Positions 49,493-60,467 of a stretch of DNA of 64,000 bases are shown here, one piece after another. Source of the DNA: Anaerohalosphaeraceae bacterium (GTDB lineage: Bacteria > Planctomycetota > Phycisphaerae > Sedimentisphaerales > Anaerohalosphaeraceae); assembly GCA_963675525.2 (NCBI GenBank), contig CAXXSL010000018.1, positions 32,001-96,000 on the forward strand, written 5' to 3'. Each line of letters opens with the position of its first letter. Position 1 is the stretch's first letter. The notes under the pieces were generated by a model. It did no database searches, had not been told where the DNA came from, and saw only the letters and a program-made list of their open reading frames with translations. The translations under genes were made by a program, and so were the position numbers.

Positions 49493-51091
49493 TTATTTAA
49501 ATCGTCCAGCATCATTTCTCCGCTTAAAAATATATGACAACACTAATCCTGCAGCCAATATCGTCAATGTTCCAAAAACCGGGATCAAAAATGCATGGAA
49601 ATGATTTTGCAGAGATGCGGGCCAGGATTCTATTCGGGGAGACATCGTCATCCACATGATGACGAGCAATCCAAGTATTACAGCCGTTGCAGCAATCGGA
49701 TTATTTGCTTTTCGGCTGATCAGTCCCAACAAAAACAAACCCAGCATGCCTCCGCCCAATATCCCTGACAGAATCCACCATGCATCCAAAGCACTGGTCA
49801 CATTAATCAGCAGCAGTGAAAGACCGGTTCCCAAAAGGCCCCACAGAATGGTCGTAATATAGATAGCAGACATGAATTTTTTTTCAGATGCATTACGATT
49901 GATAAATCGCTGATACCAGTCGGTTGCCAGCAGGGTCGCAGAAGAATTCAGACTGGTTGAAACGGTACTCATGGCGGCGGCGAAAATGGCGGCAATCAAC
50001 AACCCCGTCACGCCGGGCGGGAGCATGCGGCCGATGAAGTGGGGGAAGATCTTATCGCCAATGTCTTTATCGGTCAGCAACAAAGCCTGCTCGGAAACTT
50101 TCGATGCATACCCTTCCTGCCCGCTGTCGATTCCCTGTTGAAGCAGTTGTTGTTCGGCGACCTGCGTACGAACTTCCTGTAAATAGTCCGGATGGACCTT
50201 GTAAAAAGAATACAGTCCGGTCCCAATGAAAAAAAAGACGGCCGAGACGGGCAAATAGAGAAGGCCTCCCAGCCAGACACTTTTGCGGGCTTCGGTGTTG
50301 TTTTTCGAGGCGATGTATCGCTGGATATAACTTTGGTCGATGCCGAAATTCTGAAGATTGATGATAACTCCATAAATCAAGACGACCCAGAATGTTGATT
50401 CTGTTAAAGACCCGCCAAAACTTCCCAGGCTGAATTTATGCTGTTCGGCGGCAATTTGAAACAACTGGCCGGGGCCCTCGGGCATATTGAACAGCATCAG
50501 CAACGCGCACAAAATCGCTCCGGCCATCAATATAATGGCCTGAAAAGCGTCGGTCCATATGACCGCGACAATCCCGCCGACAAAGGTATACACCGTAACG
50601 GAAACACCGGTAATCAATATAATGATCCGTATGTCCCAGCCTAACAGCATACTTAGCGGCAATGCCATCAGATACATCACAACGCCCATGCGCGCCAACT
50701 GGGTCAGAATATAGAAAAAGCTGGCATACATTCTTGCCCATGGGCCAAATCGATGTTCCAGATGTGCGTAGGCGGAAACCTCACCGGTTTTTCGATAGTA
50801 CGGCAGAAAAAATCGAACCGCGATCCATGTTGCGATGGGCATCGAAAGGCTGAAAACAAATGGATTCCAATTCGTTACATAGGATTTCCCCGGCAGCGCC
50901 AGAAAGCTGATACTGCTAAGATAGGTTGCAAAAATGGACAAGCCGCATATCCAGCCGGGAAGCGAACGCCCTGCGGCGGTGAATCCTTCCCTTGAGCGGC
51001 TTTTGCGATAAAAATAAATGCCGATACTCATGGTACCAAGAAAGTAAGCTGCCAGAACCAGCCAGTCAATTGCCGAAAAATGATTTTGCAT
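49493..51091 (-). CDS. Sodium:solute symporter (SSS) family sugar transporter
   Basis: AGRSLPGW, ATYLSSISFLA, GGIVAVIWTDAFQ, DQSYIQRY, AAAMSTVSTSLNS. Confidence 0.92.
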   Translation of the reverse strand: MQNHFSAIDWLVLAAYFLGTMSIGIYFYRKSRSREGFTAAGRSLPGWICGLSIFATYLSSISFLALPGKSYVTNWNPFVFSLSMPIATWIAVRFFLPYYRKTGEVSAYAHLEHRFGPWARMYASFFYILTQLARMGVVMYLMALPLSMLLGWDIRIIILITGVSVTVYTFVGGIVAVIWTDAFQAIILMAGAILCALLMLFNMPEGPGQLFQIAAEQHKFSLGSFGGSLTESTFWVVLIYGVIINLQNFGIDQSYIQRYIASKNNTEARKSVWLGGLLYLPVSAVFFFIGTGLYSFYKVHPDYLQEVRTQVAEQQLLQQGIDSGQEGYASKVSEQALLLTDKDIGDKIFPHFIGRMLPPGVTGLLIAAIFAAAMSTVSTSLNSSATLLATDWYQRFINRNASEKKFMSAIYITTILWGLLGTGLSLLLINVTSALDAWWILSGILGGGMLGLFLLGLISRKANNPIAATAVILGLLVIMWMTMSPRIESWPASLQNHFHAFLIPVFGTLTILAAGLVLSYIFKRRNDAGRFK

Positions 51092-51125
51092 CCACACTCC
51101 CGTATTTACTCATCTAAAACATAAA

Positions 51126-54100
51126 TCAGTCCGAAACAAATTGATAGTGCCCGGATTGTACCTCGTAAACCACGAATTTCCCCTGTTGTTTGAGGAATGT
51201 GACACCGGTGGCGTTTTCTGCTTTTCCTCCTGATTCCAGAATGTTTTCAGGATGTTGTGCCGGAATAAAAACAGTGGCTGTCGTATTCGGGGGAATGCTT
51301 GCCTCCAATGTAAAACGGCCGTCCCGAATTTCCCAATTAGACACCACCGGGCCCCGGATGGAGCGATAGGATGTTTTTGCCCAGGTTAATTTGCCCCCCG
51401 GCTGAGGGTGAATAATTATTTTTTTAAATGCAGGGCCGTCTGTCTTAATGCCGCCGATATTCTCGAACATCCACTGGGCAACAGCTCCAAAAGAATAATG
51501 TGCAAATGAGTTCATCCCGGGATCAGCAAAACCTTCTTCCGGAGTCCAGCCGTACCATCGTTCCCAGATGGACGTGGCTCCATTCTTGATCGTAAATCCC
51601 CAGGAAGGATAGGTTTCTTTATGAAGAAGTTGATAAGCAATATCATTACGCCCGACCTTGGCCAGAGCCAGCATCAGATCTTTTGTGCCGATAAAGCCGG
51701 TTGACAGGTGCCCGTCGCACTCTTTGACTCGCCGAGCAAGATGTTCAGCTGCCAGTTTCTGCTTCGCTTCGTCCAACAGACCGTATGCGATAGCTAAAAC
51801 ATAGGCTGCCTGAGAATCCCCTTTTATTTTCCCATCGGGTTCGACATACGCCTTATTGAATGAGGTCTTGATTTGCTCAAATAATGCGCTATAGGCGGCT
51901 GCATCATCTGCTTTGCCAAGTGCATCCGCAATCTCAGCAAAAAGGTTCGTACTGAGCCCGAAATAGGCCATGTAAACAACATCGTGGGGGGTTTCATCGT
52001 CGATATTCAACCAGTCACCAAAACACTGGAATTTTTCGGGCGGAAGGAGTTCCTCGGTGCATCGTTTCCGATTGAACTCAATAAATCGTTTCATGGCGTC
52101 ATAATGCATCTCAAGGATACGCGTATCACCGTACATCTGATATATCGTCCACGGGCAAATCACCCCGGCATCGGACCATGCCGGACCGCCATCGGTCGGG
52201 TTGACTTTCAGCGGTGCGTACCGGGGGAATTGACCGTCATCACGCTGAGCATCGGTCAGATCTGTCAGCCACTTTGTAAAGAATGACTGTACGTCATTGT
52301 TATAACAAGCTGTATTGACATAAACCTGCGCATCACCGGTCCAACCGTATCGTTCATCCCGCTGGGGACAGTCGGTTGGAAGATCAATAAAATTCATTCG
52401 CTGTGTCCAGACAATATTGGAATAGAGCTGGTTGACCATCGCGTCTGAACACTCGAAGCTACCGACCACAGGGGTATCACTGGTAAGAGCTAATCCGGTA
52501 ACGGTATCTAAGTCCGGTTTTTTGTCCAACCCGGTAACTTCTACATATTGGAATCCATGCTGCGTTAAATGCGGCTGCCAGACTTCCGTTTTGCCGCTTC
52601 CTTTGCATATATAAACATCAGTGGCTGAAGCGGTTCGCAGGTTCGTTGTGTATATCGTTCCGTTTGGATTCAGGCGTTCGGCATGACGCAGTTGTATTCT
52701 CTGGCCTTTTTGGCCTTTGACCTGAATACGAATAATTCCCGCAAAGTTTTGACCCATATCAAAAACGTATTTGCCGCGTACAGATTCGGAAACAGAAACA
52801 GGTCTGATGGCTGAAAAGACTGTAACCGGTTCAGTAACAGCCGCCTGCACCTGAGGATGAACCTCCGTGTCATTGACAATGACTGGCTGCCACGCGGAAT
52901 CGTCAAATTTCGGCATATTCCAGCCGGGCATCTCTTTGCGGGCATCGTAACCCTCTCCCTGAAGTAAATCCGCATATAGAATCGGACCTGTCGATACCTT
53001 CCAATCTTTTCCCGTCGCAATGACCTGTGTTGTGCCGTCTTCGTATTCAATATTCAATTGTGCTAAAAGACCGGTCTTGCGACCGTAATGGTTTCGACGC
53101 AATCCGCCGCCGACATAGCCGGCGTACCAGCCATCCGCTAAAATCCCGCCAACCGCATTATGGCCGCTTTGGAGTTGGTCTGTCACGTCATAGGTGCGGT
53201 AATAAACCCGTTTTCGGTAATCGGTCCAGCCGGGTGACAGATAATCGTCTGTGACGCGCTGTCCATTGACGAAACATTGGTAAATTCCCAGTGCGGTAGC
53301 ATAGAGACTGGCACGTTTAATTTTTTTATCACTTATTACGAAATCCCTGCGAAAATAACGGGCCGGGGGAGTCAATCGTTCTAACGCTTCTGTCTTTTGC
53401 CATGGAGCAATCCCGAGCGGGCCGATTACGCTTGCCTTTGACCAGTTGGAGTCGTCAAAGTGTTCCTTTCTCCATTCCGACTGCTCGGCCGTACTCAGCA
53501 ACCATTGGTCGTCCGTTGCAAATTCCACGACTCGACCATCCATTGATTCGATACGAATAGCTGCAATAAAACCGGCAGGAGAAGCTTTGTCGCCATCGTT
53601 CCTGGCCTGAAATGCAAGAATGTTTTGTCCGGATTTAAGGTAATCAATGATCGAAACTTCATAAATAACTTTCTTGTTACGAAATCTTCTATGCAGTTTC
53701 CCGTTGATATGCAACTCAATAAAATCATCCGCCGTGTAAAAACAAACCGCTTTGCTGGTAATCCAATCATCGGGCAGATTAAATACTTTTCTGAAATAAC
53801 AGGTTCCCGGATCAACCCCGTTATTGGCATTTGAGTCTGACCATATCCAGTTTGCACGACTCAGCACATCCGGCGCTGGAATCGGCTTTTCTTCAATATC
53901 ATATCCAATCCATTCGGCTTGCCAGTCATTGGGACCGAGTAGTCCCATGGACCATTTAGTCGGTCGACTCCAGCCGGAAGGGATGTCGCTTGCGTCCCAA
54001 ACTCGAACCTTCCAGAAATAAACATGATCAGATGTAAGCGGTTTTCCTGCGTAGACAATCGCAATTGTCTCATCGCTTTGAACTTTTCCTGAATCCCACA

Positions 54101-54401
54101 TGTCAGGTTGATCGTTTTTGAGAAGCTGCGCATCCGACGCAACGTATACCTGATAGGCGGTTTGTTTTTGGCTGCGCTGTCCGGATTCGAACACCCAGCT
54201 TAAACGCGGAGCAGTAATGTCAATGCCCGCGGGTTTGGTTCGATACTCACAGCGAAGTGATGTCGGCGAGTGCTTATGGCCAGCCGGACTAAGAAGGCTT
54301 TGACAGCCGGTACAGACAAATAAACCAATACTAAACACACTCAGAGCTAAAATTCGATTCATTTTAATCTTCCCGTTAAAATAGTTTTCTTTGAGAAACA
54401 T
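51126..54401 (-). CDS. GH78 alpha-L-rhamnosidase, probable lipoprotein
   Basis: LRCEY, WDSGKV, PGWTDY, DMGQNFAG, PTDCPQRDERYGWTGD, GATSIWERW, MNSFAHY; lipobox-like CTGC; alternative start at 54362. Confidence 0.92.
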   Translation of the reverse strand: MFLKENYFNGKIKMNRILALSVFSIGLFVCTGCQSLLSPAGHKHSPTSLRCEYRTKPAGIDITAPRLSWVFESGQRSQKQTAYQVYVASDAQLLKNDQPDMWDSGKVQSDETIAIVYAGKPLTSDHVYFWKVRVWDASDIPSGWSRPTKWSMGLLGPNDWQAEWIGYDIEEKPIPAPDVLSRANWIWSDSNANNGVDPGTCYFRKVFNLPDDWITSKAVCFYTADDFIELHINGKLHRRFRNKKVIYEVSIIDYLKSGQNILAFQARNDGDKASPAGFIAAIRIESMDGRVVEFATDDQWLLSTAEQSEWRKEHFDDSNWSKASVIGPLGIAPWQKTEALERLTPPARYFRRDFVISDKKIKRASLYATALGIYQCFVNGQRVTDDYLSPGWTDYRKRVYYRTYDVTDQLQSGHNAVGGILADGWYAGYVGGGLRRNHYGRKTGLLAQLNIEYEDGTTQVIATGKDWKVSTGPILYADLLQGEGYDARKEMPGWNMPKFDDSAWQPVIVNDTEVHPQVQAAVTEPVTVFSAIRPVSVSESVRGKYVFDMGQNFAGIIRIQVKGQKGQRIQLRHAERLNPNGTIYTTNLRTASATDVYICKGSGKTEVWQPHLTQHGFQYVEVTGLDKKPDLDTVTGLALTSDTPVVGSFECSDAMVNQLYSNIVWTQRMNFIDLPTDCPQRDERYGWTGDAQVYVNTACYNNDVQSFFTKWLTDLTDAQRDDGQFPRYAPLKVNPTDGGPAWSDAGVICPWTIYQMYGDTRILEMHYDAMKRFIEFNRKRCTEELLPPEKFQCFGDWLNIDDETPHDVVYMAYFGLSTNLFAEIADALGKADDAAAYSALFEQIKTSFNKAYVEPDGKIKGDSQAAYVLAIAYGLLDEAKQKLAAEHLARRVKECDGHLSTGFIGTKDLMLALAKVGRNDIAYQLLHKETYPSWGFTIKNGATSIWERWYGWTPEEGFADPGMNSFAHYSFGAVAQWMFENIGGIKTDGPAFKKIIIHPQPGGKLTWAKTSYRSIRGPVVSNWEIRDGRFTLEASIPPNTTATVFIPAQHPENILESGGKAENATGVTFLKQQGKFVVYEVQSGHYQFVSD

Positions 54402-57400
54402 TACTGAAGCTTGGCCGTCAGGCGTGACAGCTCATCGATATGGCCGATTTCCTTGCCGTCAGCAAAAATGCGAAATCCCTTGCCTTTGTTATATTTTTCG
54501 CCCGTTCGATCCCACAAAATCGTGAGTGTTTTCCCATGATAGGCCACCTTGTCCAGACAGAACCAATCCCAAGTCTGGGCCGGAATTAAAGGATCCGCCT
54601 CAACAATATCATCGGCGTGGGGGACCAGTCCGGCCAATCCGGTAATAACCAGATCACAGAAAGTCGAATGATTATAATATCGGTTTCGATCCGTATCCGG
54701 TGTTAACCACGTCCCATTGATCTCATCGAGATATTCTCCGATATGAGGTTTGTTATTATATTGGTGTGAGCGAGCATACGTCTGCAATGCCTCAAAATAA
54801 TCTTCTTTGCTCACATACGTCTGCTCATAATGCCGCAGCAGATTTGCCATTGCTGTGAGGGTTTGGCTGGTAGCATACGGCCATACGGCCCCATCCCATT
54901 CGCAGGTGCCAACCCCATGACTGCGAAACTCCGGATGACGGCGTTCAGCGGTCGTGATTCCCATCGGCGCTTTGAAGCCCTGTGGGTCAGTCAACTGCTG
55001 CCATGCCTTTTCATAGCCGCTGTCCGGCAGGTTAAAATACCAGGGGATATAGCCGATTTCCTCGCGAACATTGGCGAATGTTCCATCCGGGTGACGCACC
55101 ACAAAAAATGATGCGCTATCATCCCACAACAGTTCCTGAACCAATGATTTCAGGTCGGCTGCTTTTTGAGCATACTCCCGGGCTAATTCCGGGCGCCCTG
55201 CCATCTCAGCTACCTTCGAAATCGCCATGGCATTGGCAAACATATAACAGTTCAGCGGCGGTCGCATATTTTTAACTTTTCGGCCACCGCTAATGGATTC
55301 CTCCATTGCATCCCGGACATCGTATTGCCACAAAAGGCCGTTATCCACACCTTTTAGTTCGACCCATCTCTGGTAATCCTGCACAAACGCATCCAACAGA
55401 TCAATTAAAAGGAGTTTGTCCTGAGTGACCAGGTATCGGCGATACAACGATGCAGGGGCCCAGTTGCTGTATTTGTGCAAGTGCGGTTGGAAGGTCCCAT
55501 TATTGCCCGTGTACCAGAAGCGGGCGTACTGGTCAATATACTTCGGATCCCGCAGCCACCTGCCTTCGTTAACGTGATGGCCGATCGCACAACTGATGGT
55601 ATTGTATTTTCCGCTGTGGCCAACCTTGTCAAGAAATTCAGTAAAGACATAGCCGTCCGGTGTTTTTTTCAAATGCTTGCGAAAAGTCCACCAGCGATAA
55701 TAATAGATTTGCTCAACGGTCTTGTCAGGGCATTCAAAAAAAGGAATATTGTCTTTCATCCAATCCCACGACTCGGCATTTGAAACTTCATTGACAATAT
55801 TTTCCTTCTCCATGGTGTTAAAATAGTCTACGTAATGCTGGAATGTCTTCGGCTGTAAAACAGACGGCTCAGAGCCGGTCGCCTGGAAATCTTTAATGTA
55901 ATACACTCCCGCCGGGGCCGGCTCGTCAGCTCCCGGTTCATCGGTGCCCGCGACAGTCGCGCTGCCGCTCTTATATTTCTGGACATCGTCCGTAAGTCGA
56001 TAATCGCCGGTTCTGAAGACAATTCTTTCCGGAAGCCCCTCGGTAACCGAAAAAGAGGTGTCTTTTACGATTGCATCCCCATCCAATTGAACGGAAAATT
56101 GCTGTTTTGATGCATCAACCTGAAAGTTAACTGAATACCATTGCCCGGCATTCAATGTCGTTGCGGGCTGATAGGTCTGATCTCCATTTTTGACTAACAA
56201 TTGACGGTCTTTATCAAGCCGGCTTTGAATCAGACGGTTGCCATTGGCCGATACAATTTCAATATCCAGAACCTCTTTGGATGATTCAACATACAGGTCG
56301 AACGAAAGCGAAAGGGCTGATGATTTTTGAAACACTCTCACGGCTTTAGCATAGTCACAGGCGTCAACATCTTTCAGACGCATGCTTTTTTCAGTTGCGC
56401 TTGGAAAGTCCACGACTTCGATGGGACACCATCTCGGAGAATAGATATTCCATCCTTCAATGACGCCACCGGTTACCATTTGGGTGAAATCATCCCGAAC
56501 AGGCCCCTGGACCCGACTTTGAACCGGAATCGGCACACGGGAAATCCAGATGTCTTCTTTATTGGAAGAATAAACAACCCATAAGTCATCGCCGGGAGGA
56601 TTGCCGTTGCCCTCGATAATGCCGCGAACATATTGTGCCCCCGGGCGCTTCTCGCGTCCCCAGAAGCGCTTGACAGGGAGTTCACTATGAACGTTAGCAA
56701 GATGGTCGTAATAAACACCGTCGTTACTGGTGGTAACACACAGCGGATGGCGGGCCGGGGTACCGGTAGGATTATAAACCAAGGCATATTGACCGTTATC
56801 CAGCTTTTGGGCCCATATTTTTGCGCCTCCGTAAGTAAGTGTTTGGCACTGAACCAGCGGCGACCAGGTTTCTCCGCCATCTCGTGTCATCGTCGTCCAG
56901 CGGCTTTTAAAAAAACCCACCACCGCTCCATCCGGGCGTGTGTAAAAACAAAACGCCTTAGCCGGCTCACTTTGTTCCTTATCGCCGCCCCAGGACACGC
57001 GATAAAATTCGTCTCTGTCTTTGGCTTCACGATCCTCTTCCCACCATTGAACTCGGCGAATTTTATCGTTCAGGAAACTGTTGCAGGCCTCGACAAATTC
57101 GGCATCACTCGAAGCGGTATAAAGCGGATATTTAACCTCGCCGGTCCAGTTATCATTCACGCGGATAAAATAAATCGGCCCCAGTGAATCGTCCGGGTAA
57201 ATTTCGCGTACAACCCGGCCGATACCATCTCCGTAAGGCGGACCGTAAAAAGCCATCGTTAAAAACCGCCCATTCGGAGCCACGTAAAAACCCATCCGCT
57301 GATGCATAAAGTGGAATATAATTTTTTGCGCATCCTCAGGGTCGTGCGTGAAATAAATGGGAAACAGCACCTGAGGTTTCGTCCAGTGCTTGCCGTCCAA

Positions 57401-57754
57401 AGAGCGTGTCAGCATCGTCACTCCCGGCGGGATATGCTCCCCGGTAACATTGTTCAAATACTGACAATAAAATTGTCCATTCGCATAAGCCAGCATTGGA
57501 GCATGGTTATACGTCCAGCCCAAGCCATCGGACCATTCCGGGTGTGTGCGGTTGGCACGCATAATCTGGTAATTTTGCACGCCGATTGCCACCGGCATCT
57601 GTCCGTCGTGATATCCGTCTTTATAACCACTGTTGGATGTATTGACTGCCCCGATATAACGCACGGGTTCTTCCTCGTCGCCAACCGCCGCCAAAAGAAG
57701 ACTGTGAAACAACACAACAGAGAATAATACTAAAATATGCCGCTTGTATTTCAT
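54401..57754 (-). CDS. Bimodular glycosidase, GH143 (Dha-hydrolase)-GH142 (beta-L-arabinofuranosidase)-like, BT1020-type
   Basis: N-part: YHDGQ, RANR, GWTYNHAPMLAY, MHQRMGFY, GIGRVVREI, YVRGIIEGNG. C-part, six-hairpin: IPFFECPD, YYYRWW, DAMEESISG, CEWDGAVWPYAT, YYNHSTF. Confidence 0.75.
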   Translation of the reverse strand: MKYKRHILVLFSVVLFHSLLLAAVGDEEEPVRYIGAVNTSNSGYKDGYHDGQMPVAIGVQNYQIMRANRTHPEWSDGLGWTYNHAPMLAYANGQFYCQYLNNVTGEHIPPGVTMLTRSLDGKHWTKPQVLFPIYFTHDPEDAQKIIFHFMHQRMGFYVAPNGRFLTMAFYGPPYGDGIGRVVREIYPDDSLGPIYFIRVNDNWTGEVKYPLYTASSDAEFVEACNSFLNDKIRRVQWWEEDREAKDRDEFYRVSWGGDKEQSEPAKAFCFYTRPDGAVVGFFKSRWTTMTRDGGETWSPLVQCQTLTYGGAKIWAQKLDNGQYALVYNPTGTPARHPLCVTTSNDGVYYDHLANVHSELPVKRFWGREKRPGAQYVRGIIEGNGNPPGDDLWVVYSSNKEDIWISRVPIPVQSRVQGPVRDDFTQMVTGGVIEGWNIYSPRWCPIEVVDFPSATEKSMRLKDVDACDYAKAVRVFQKSSALSLSFDLYVESSKEVLDIEIVSANGNRLIQSRLDKDRQLLVKNGDQTYQPATTLNAGQWYSVNFQVDASKQQFSVQLDGDAIVKDTSFSVTEGLPERIVFRTGDYRLTDDVQKYKSGSATVAGTDEPGADEPAPAGVYYIKDFQATGSEPSVLQPKTFQHYVDYFNTMEKENIVNEVSNAESWDWMKDNIPFFECPDKTVEQIYYYRWWTFRKHLKKTPDGYVFTEFLDKVGHSGKYNTISCAIGHHVNEGRWLRDPKYIDQYARFWYTGNNGTFQPHLHKYSNWAPASLYRRYLVTQDKLLLIDLLDAFVQDYQRWVELKGVDNGLLWQYDVRDAMEESISGGRKVKNMRPPLNCYMFANAMAISKVAEMAGRPELAREYAQKAADLKSLVQELLWDDSASFFVVRHPDGTFANVREEIGYIPWYFNLPDSGYEKAWQQLTDPQGFKAPMGITTAERRHPEFRSHGVGTCEWDGAVWPYATSQTLTAMANLLRHYEQTYVSKEDYFEALQTYARSHQYNNKPHIGEYLDEINGTWLTPDTDRNRYYNHSTFCDLVITGLAGLVPHADDIVEADPLIPAQTWDWFCLDKVAYHGKTLTILWDRTGEKYNKGKGFRIFADGKEIGHIDELSRLTAKLQ

Positions 57755-57802
57755 CGTTTTTTCCAATACTCATTTTCGGTTTGGGTTAAAAGGCTGACTA
57801 TT

Positions 57803-58192
57803 TTACTCAACCCGCCGGATTCTCAGTACCATATACGGTTTACCGGGCATGGTTATCGTCGACTTCACTATTGCTTCTTTGCGTCCGGAGTGGACATTAT
57901 CGGGGGTGACATTCCCCAAGGCTTCATGATACCGCTGTCCGTTATGCCAGGCAACAAATTTTGCAATTTCTTTTTCCAACTGATCGGGGTGCTTAAAGAC
58001 CAGTAATACAATTTTTTCTTTCAGGCTGCGATGGTAACCTTCGATCTTGCCATTGGTTTGAGAATGGTGCGATGAAGCCAGGATACGCTCGATCCTTTTT
58101 TGCTCCAGATACTGCCCAAATGCCTCACTGATCAATACCGAGCCACGATCACTTAACAGCCGGGGATTCTGATAATCCGGCACCGGCGACAC
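57803..58192 (-). mobile_element. Truncated IS3/IS481-type transposase (integrase core) remnant
   Basis: LLSDRGS, HSQTNGKIEGYHRSLKE, HNGQRYHEALGNVTP; N-terminal part is missing. Confidence 0.8.
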
Positions 58193-58391
58193 ACGGATTT
58201 TTTAAACCTTTTTTCAGGATTTCATAACCACAGGCATATCAATAGTTTACAGCTTTTCTAAAAAGGACTTATGTAGTGAAATAGTCATAGTCTGCAAATA
58301 GTACAAAAATATAACAATCGATAGAATAACTTTCGTCCCGAACAGGTTTAAGTTCTTTCAATAGAAATAGTTATGAATGAATGAATAATAT

Positions 58392-59267
58392 TTACACCCC
58401 ACTGCCAGGGAGTCTATGGGAATTTCGATACTCACGGGGAGTGCAACGGCAAAGCAGTTTGAACGAGGAGTTGAATCTGCTCAGTGAATTAAAGCCGGAT
58501 TCAAAAGCTATCTCAAGAATTTTTTTATTGGATGTGACAAGTAAACGTTGCGCATGCTGGACACGATGATGAATCACAAAGTGGTTTAACGTTATTCCAA
58601 AGGTTTTCTTAAAGGCATAGGCTGCGTAATCCGGGTGTAAACCGACTGCCTGGGCAATATCTGACAGGCAAATCTGACTCGTATAGTTCTGTGCAATGAA
58701 TTTTGCCATACTTTCAATTTTACTGAAGTCATAGGTCCCGATCGACCTTGTACTGTGGCCGGAAGATGGTTCGACCGATGCTGTTTTGTTCTGCTCTAAA
58801 TTCCGTGCAAGACGCAGAAGACGTGCTCTTATTTCGAGTAATACTATTTCGTAAGTTGCAGTCGAATCCTCATTGATATCTCGAAACCACTGTTCAAATA
58901 AAAGCTCATCATAAGAAGCTGATGTGTCGACCTCTTGTATCAGTTGACCATTTAGAATCAGCGTTTTGATTCTCTCTGGCAGGCCCCAATCAAGTACCCA
59001 CGGCAATGGAAGCGTTATGACATAGTAGGACTCCAAGTCTTCAAAATCCACAATTTGGTGGGGTGTGGAAGCCCAAAATAATGCGAGTTTTCCACCTTCA
59101 ACGGTGATCCGTTCACCCCATAAAAGATATGTCAGCTTTCCACGGACAAAAAAGTTCAGCTCGATCTCAGCGTGCTTGTCAGGTCGATTCATCAGTTTGG
59201 GTTCCCACTGCGCGCAGGTGAAACCATAAGGTGTGAATTCTTTTCGTTTATGGTCAAAATGTTCCAT
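58392..59267 (-). CDS. AraC family transcriptional regulator, MelR-like
   Basis: HAEIELN, LFWASTPHQ, IAQAVGLHPDYA, IAFESGFNSLSRF..F...CRCTPREYR. Confidence 0.9.
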   Translation of the reverse strand: MEHFDHKRKEFTPYGFTCAQWEPKLMNRPDKHAEIELNFFVRGKLTYLLWGERITVEGGKLALFWASTPHQIVDFEDLESYYVITLPLPWVLDWGLPERIKTLILNGQLIQEVDTSASYDELLFEQWFRDINEDSTATYEIVLLEIRARLLRLARNLEQNKTASVEPSSGHSTRSIGTYDFSKIESMAKFIAQNYTSQICLSDIAQAVGLHPDYAAYAFKKTFGITLNHFVIHHRVQHAQRLLVTSNKKILEIAFESGFNSLSRFNSSFKLLCRCTPREYRNSHRLPGSGV

Positions 59268-59450
59268 AAATCTAAGTATATGACAACTTATCACGCTAAT
59301 CAAGAAGGAAATACTTCTTTTCTCTTGTATTATTATCTATAGAATGCTACTTAATATCTTGCATGAACAATACAAGATCTTGTAGGTTGAGAATTTTAAA
59401 TTGTGATGAATTAACGAACTGAGAGAATGGCTGTTTAAGGAAAGATAATT

Positions 59451-60467
59451 ATGAAAAAAAAGAGATCTTACATCATCACGGAAATACCGGGAAGAATAAT
59501 TGTCATACTCCTGGTTGGTTTAGTGATTACGTCCCTGAGTTGGATCTGTGGTTGTAAGCAAAAGAACGACCAATCGAGTTCCAGCGATGTCGAGATGAAA
59601 CAGAAAATTGCTGTTGTTATTTCGACGTTAAATAATCCTTGGTTTGTGGTTCTGGGGGATGCCGCCAAAGGCCGAGCCCAAGAACTTGGCTATAAAGCGG
59701 TCGTTTTTGACTCCCAGAACAATACGGCCAGAGAAACGTCTCATTTTGAAAATATTATTGCCGGGGGCTACCAGGCAATTCTTTTTAATCCGACCGATGC
59801 CGATGCTTCGATCACAAATGTCAGGAAAGCAAAAAAAGCTGGAATTCCCGTATTCTGCATCGACAGAGAGATCAACTCGAATCAAGACGCGACGGCCCAG
59901 ATTCTCTCGGATAATTATACAGGCTGTGTCGCAATCGGTGAATACTTTGTTAAAGAAGTGGGTGAACAGGGCACATATATCGAGTTGCTGGGAATTCTGG
60001 GCGACAATAATACACGTAACCGATCGGACGGGTTTCACTTTGTCGTGGATAAATACAAAGGCTTGAAAATGGTTGCTCAACAATCTGCGGGATTCGACCG
60101 AACCAGGGCTTTTGACATAACGAACACCCTGCTTGGGGATAATCCGGATGTCGATGCTGTTTTCTGCGGCAATGATGCGATGGCAATGGGTGCCTATCAG
60201 GCGCTGATTGCCGCCGGAAAAGTTGACTCGGTCAAGGTATTTGGCTTTGACGGAGCCGCAGATGTCCTAAAATCCATTTCCGAAGGAAAGATTAAAGCAA
60301 CAGGAATGCAGTTTCCTAAACGAATGGCACGTACAGCAGCAGAGTTTGCCGATGCGTACATAAAGGGTAAACGTGACTTCGAGCAAAAGATACCGGTCCC
60401 CGTGGAACTGGTTACGGTTGATAATGTCGACAAATATTTTGACTACGAAAAGAAAGCTTTGGAATGA
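59451..60467 (+). CDS. Sugar ABC transporter substrate-binding lipoprotein (RbsB-like; possibly apiose)
   Basis: Lipobox [42 protein letters not shown]. Confidence 0.88.
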   Translation: MKKKRSYIITEIPGRIIVILLVGLVITSLSWICGCKQKNDQSSSSDVEMKQKIAVVISTLNNPWFVVLGDAAKGRAQELGYKAVVFDSQNNTARETSHFENIIAGGYQAILFNPTDADASITNVRKAKKAGIPVFCIDREINSNQDATAQILSDNYTGCVAIGEYFVKEVGEQGTYIELLGILGDNNTRNRSDGFHFVVDKYKGLKMVAQQSAGFDRTRAFDITNTLLGDNPDVDAVFCGNDAMAMGAYQALIAAGKVDSVKVFGFDGAADVLKSISEGKIKATGMQFPKRMARTAAEFADAYIKGKRDFEQKIPVPVELVTVDNVDKYFDYEKKALE

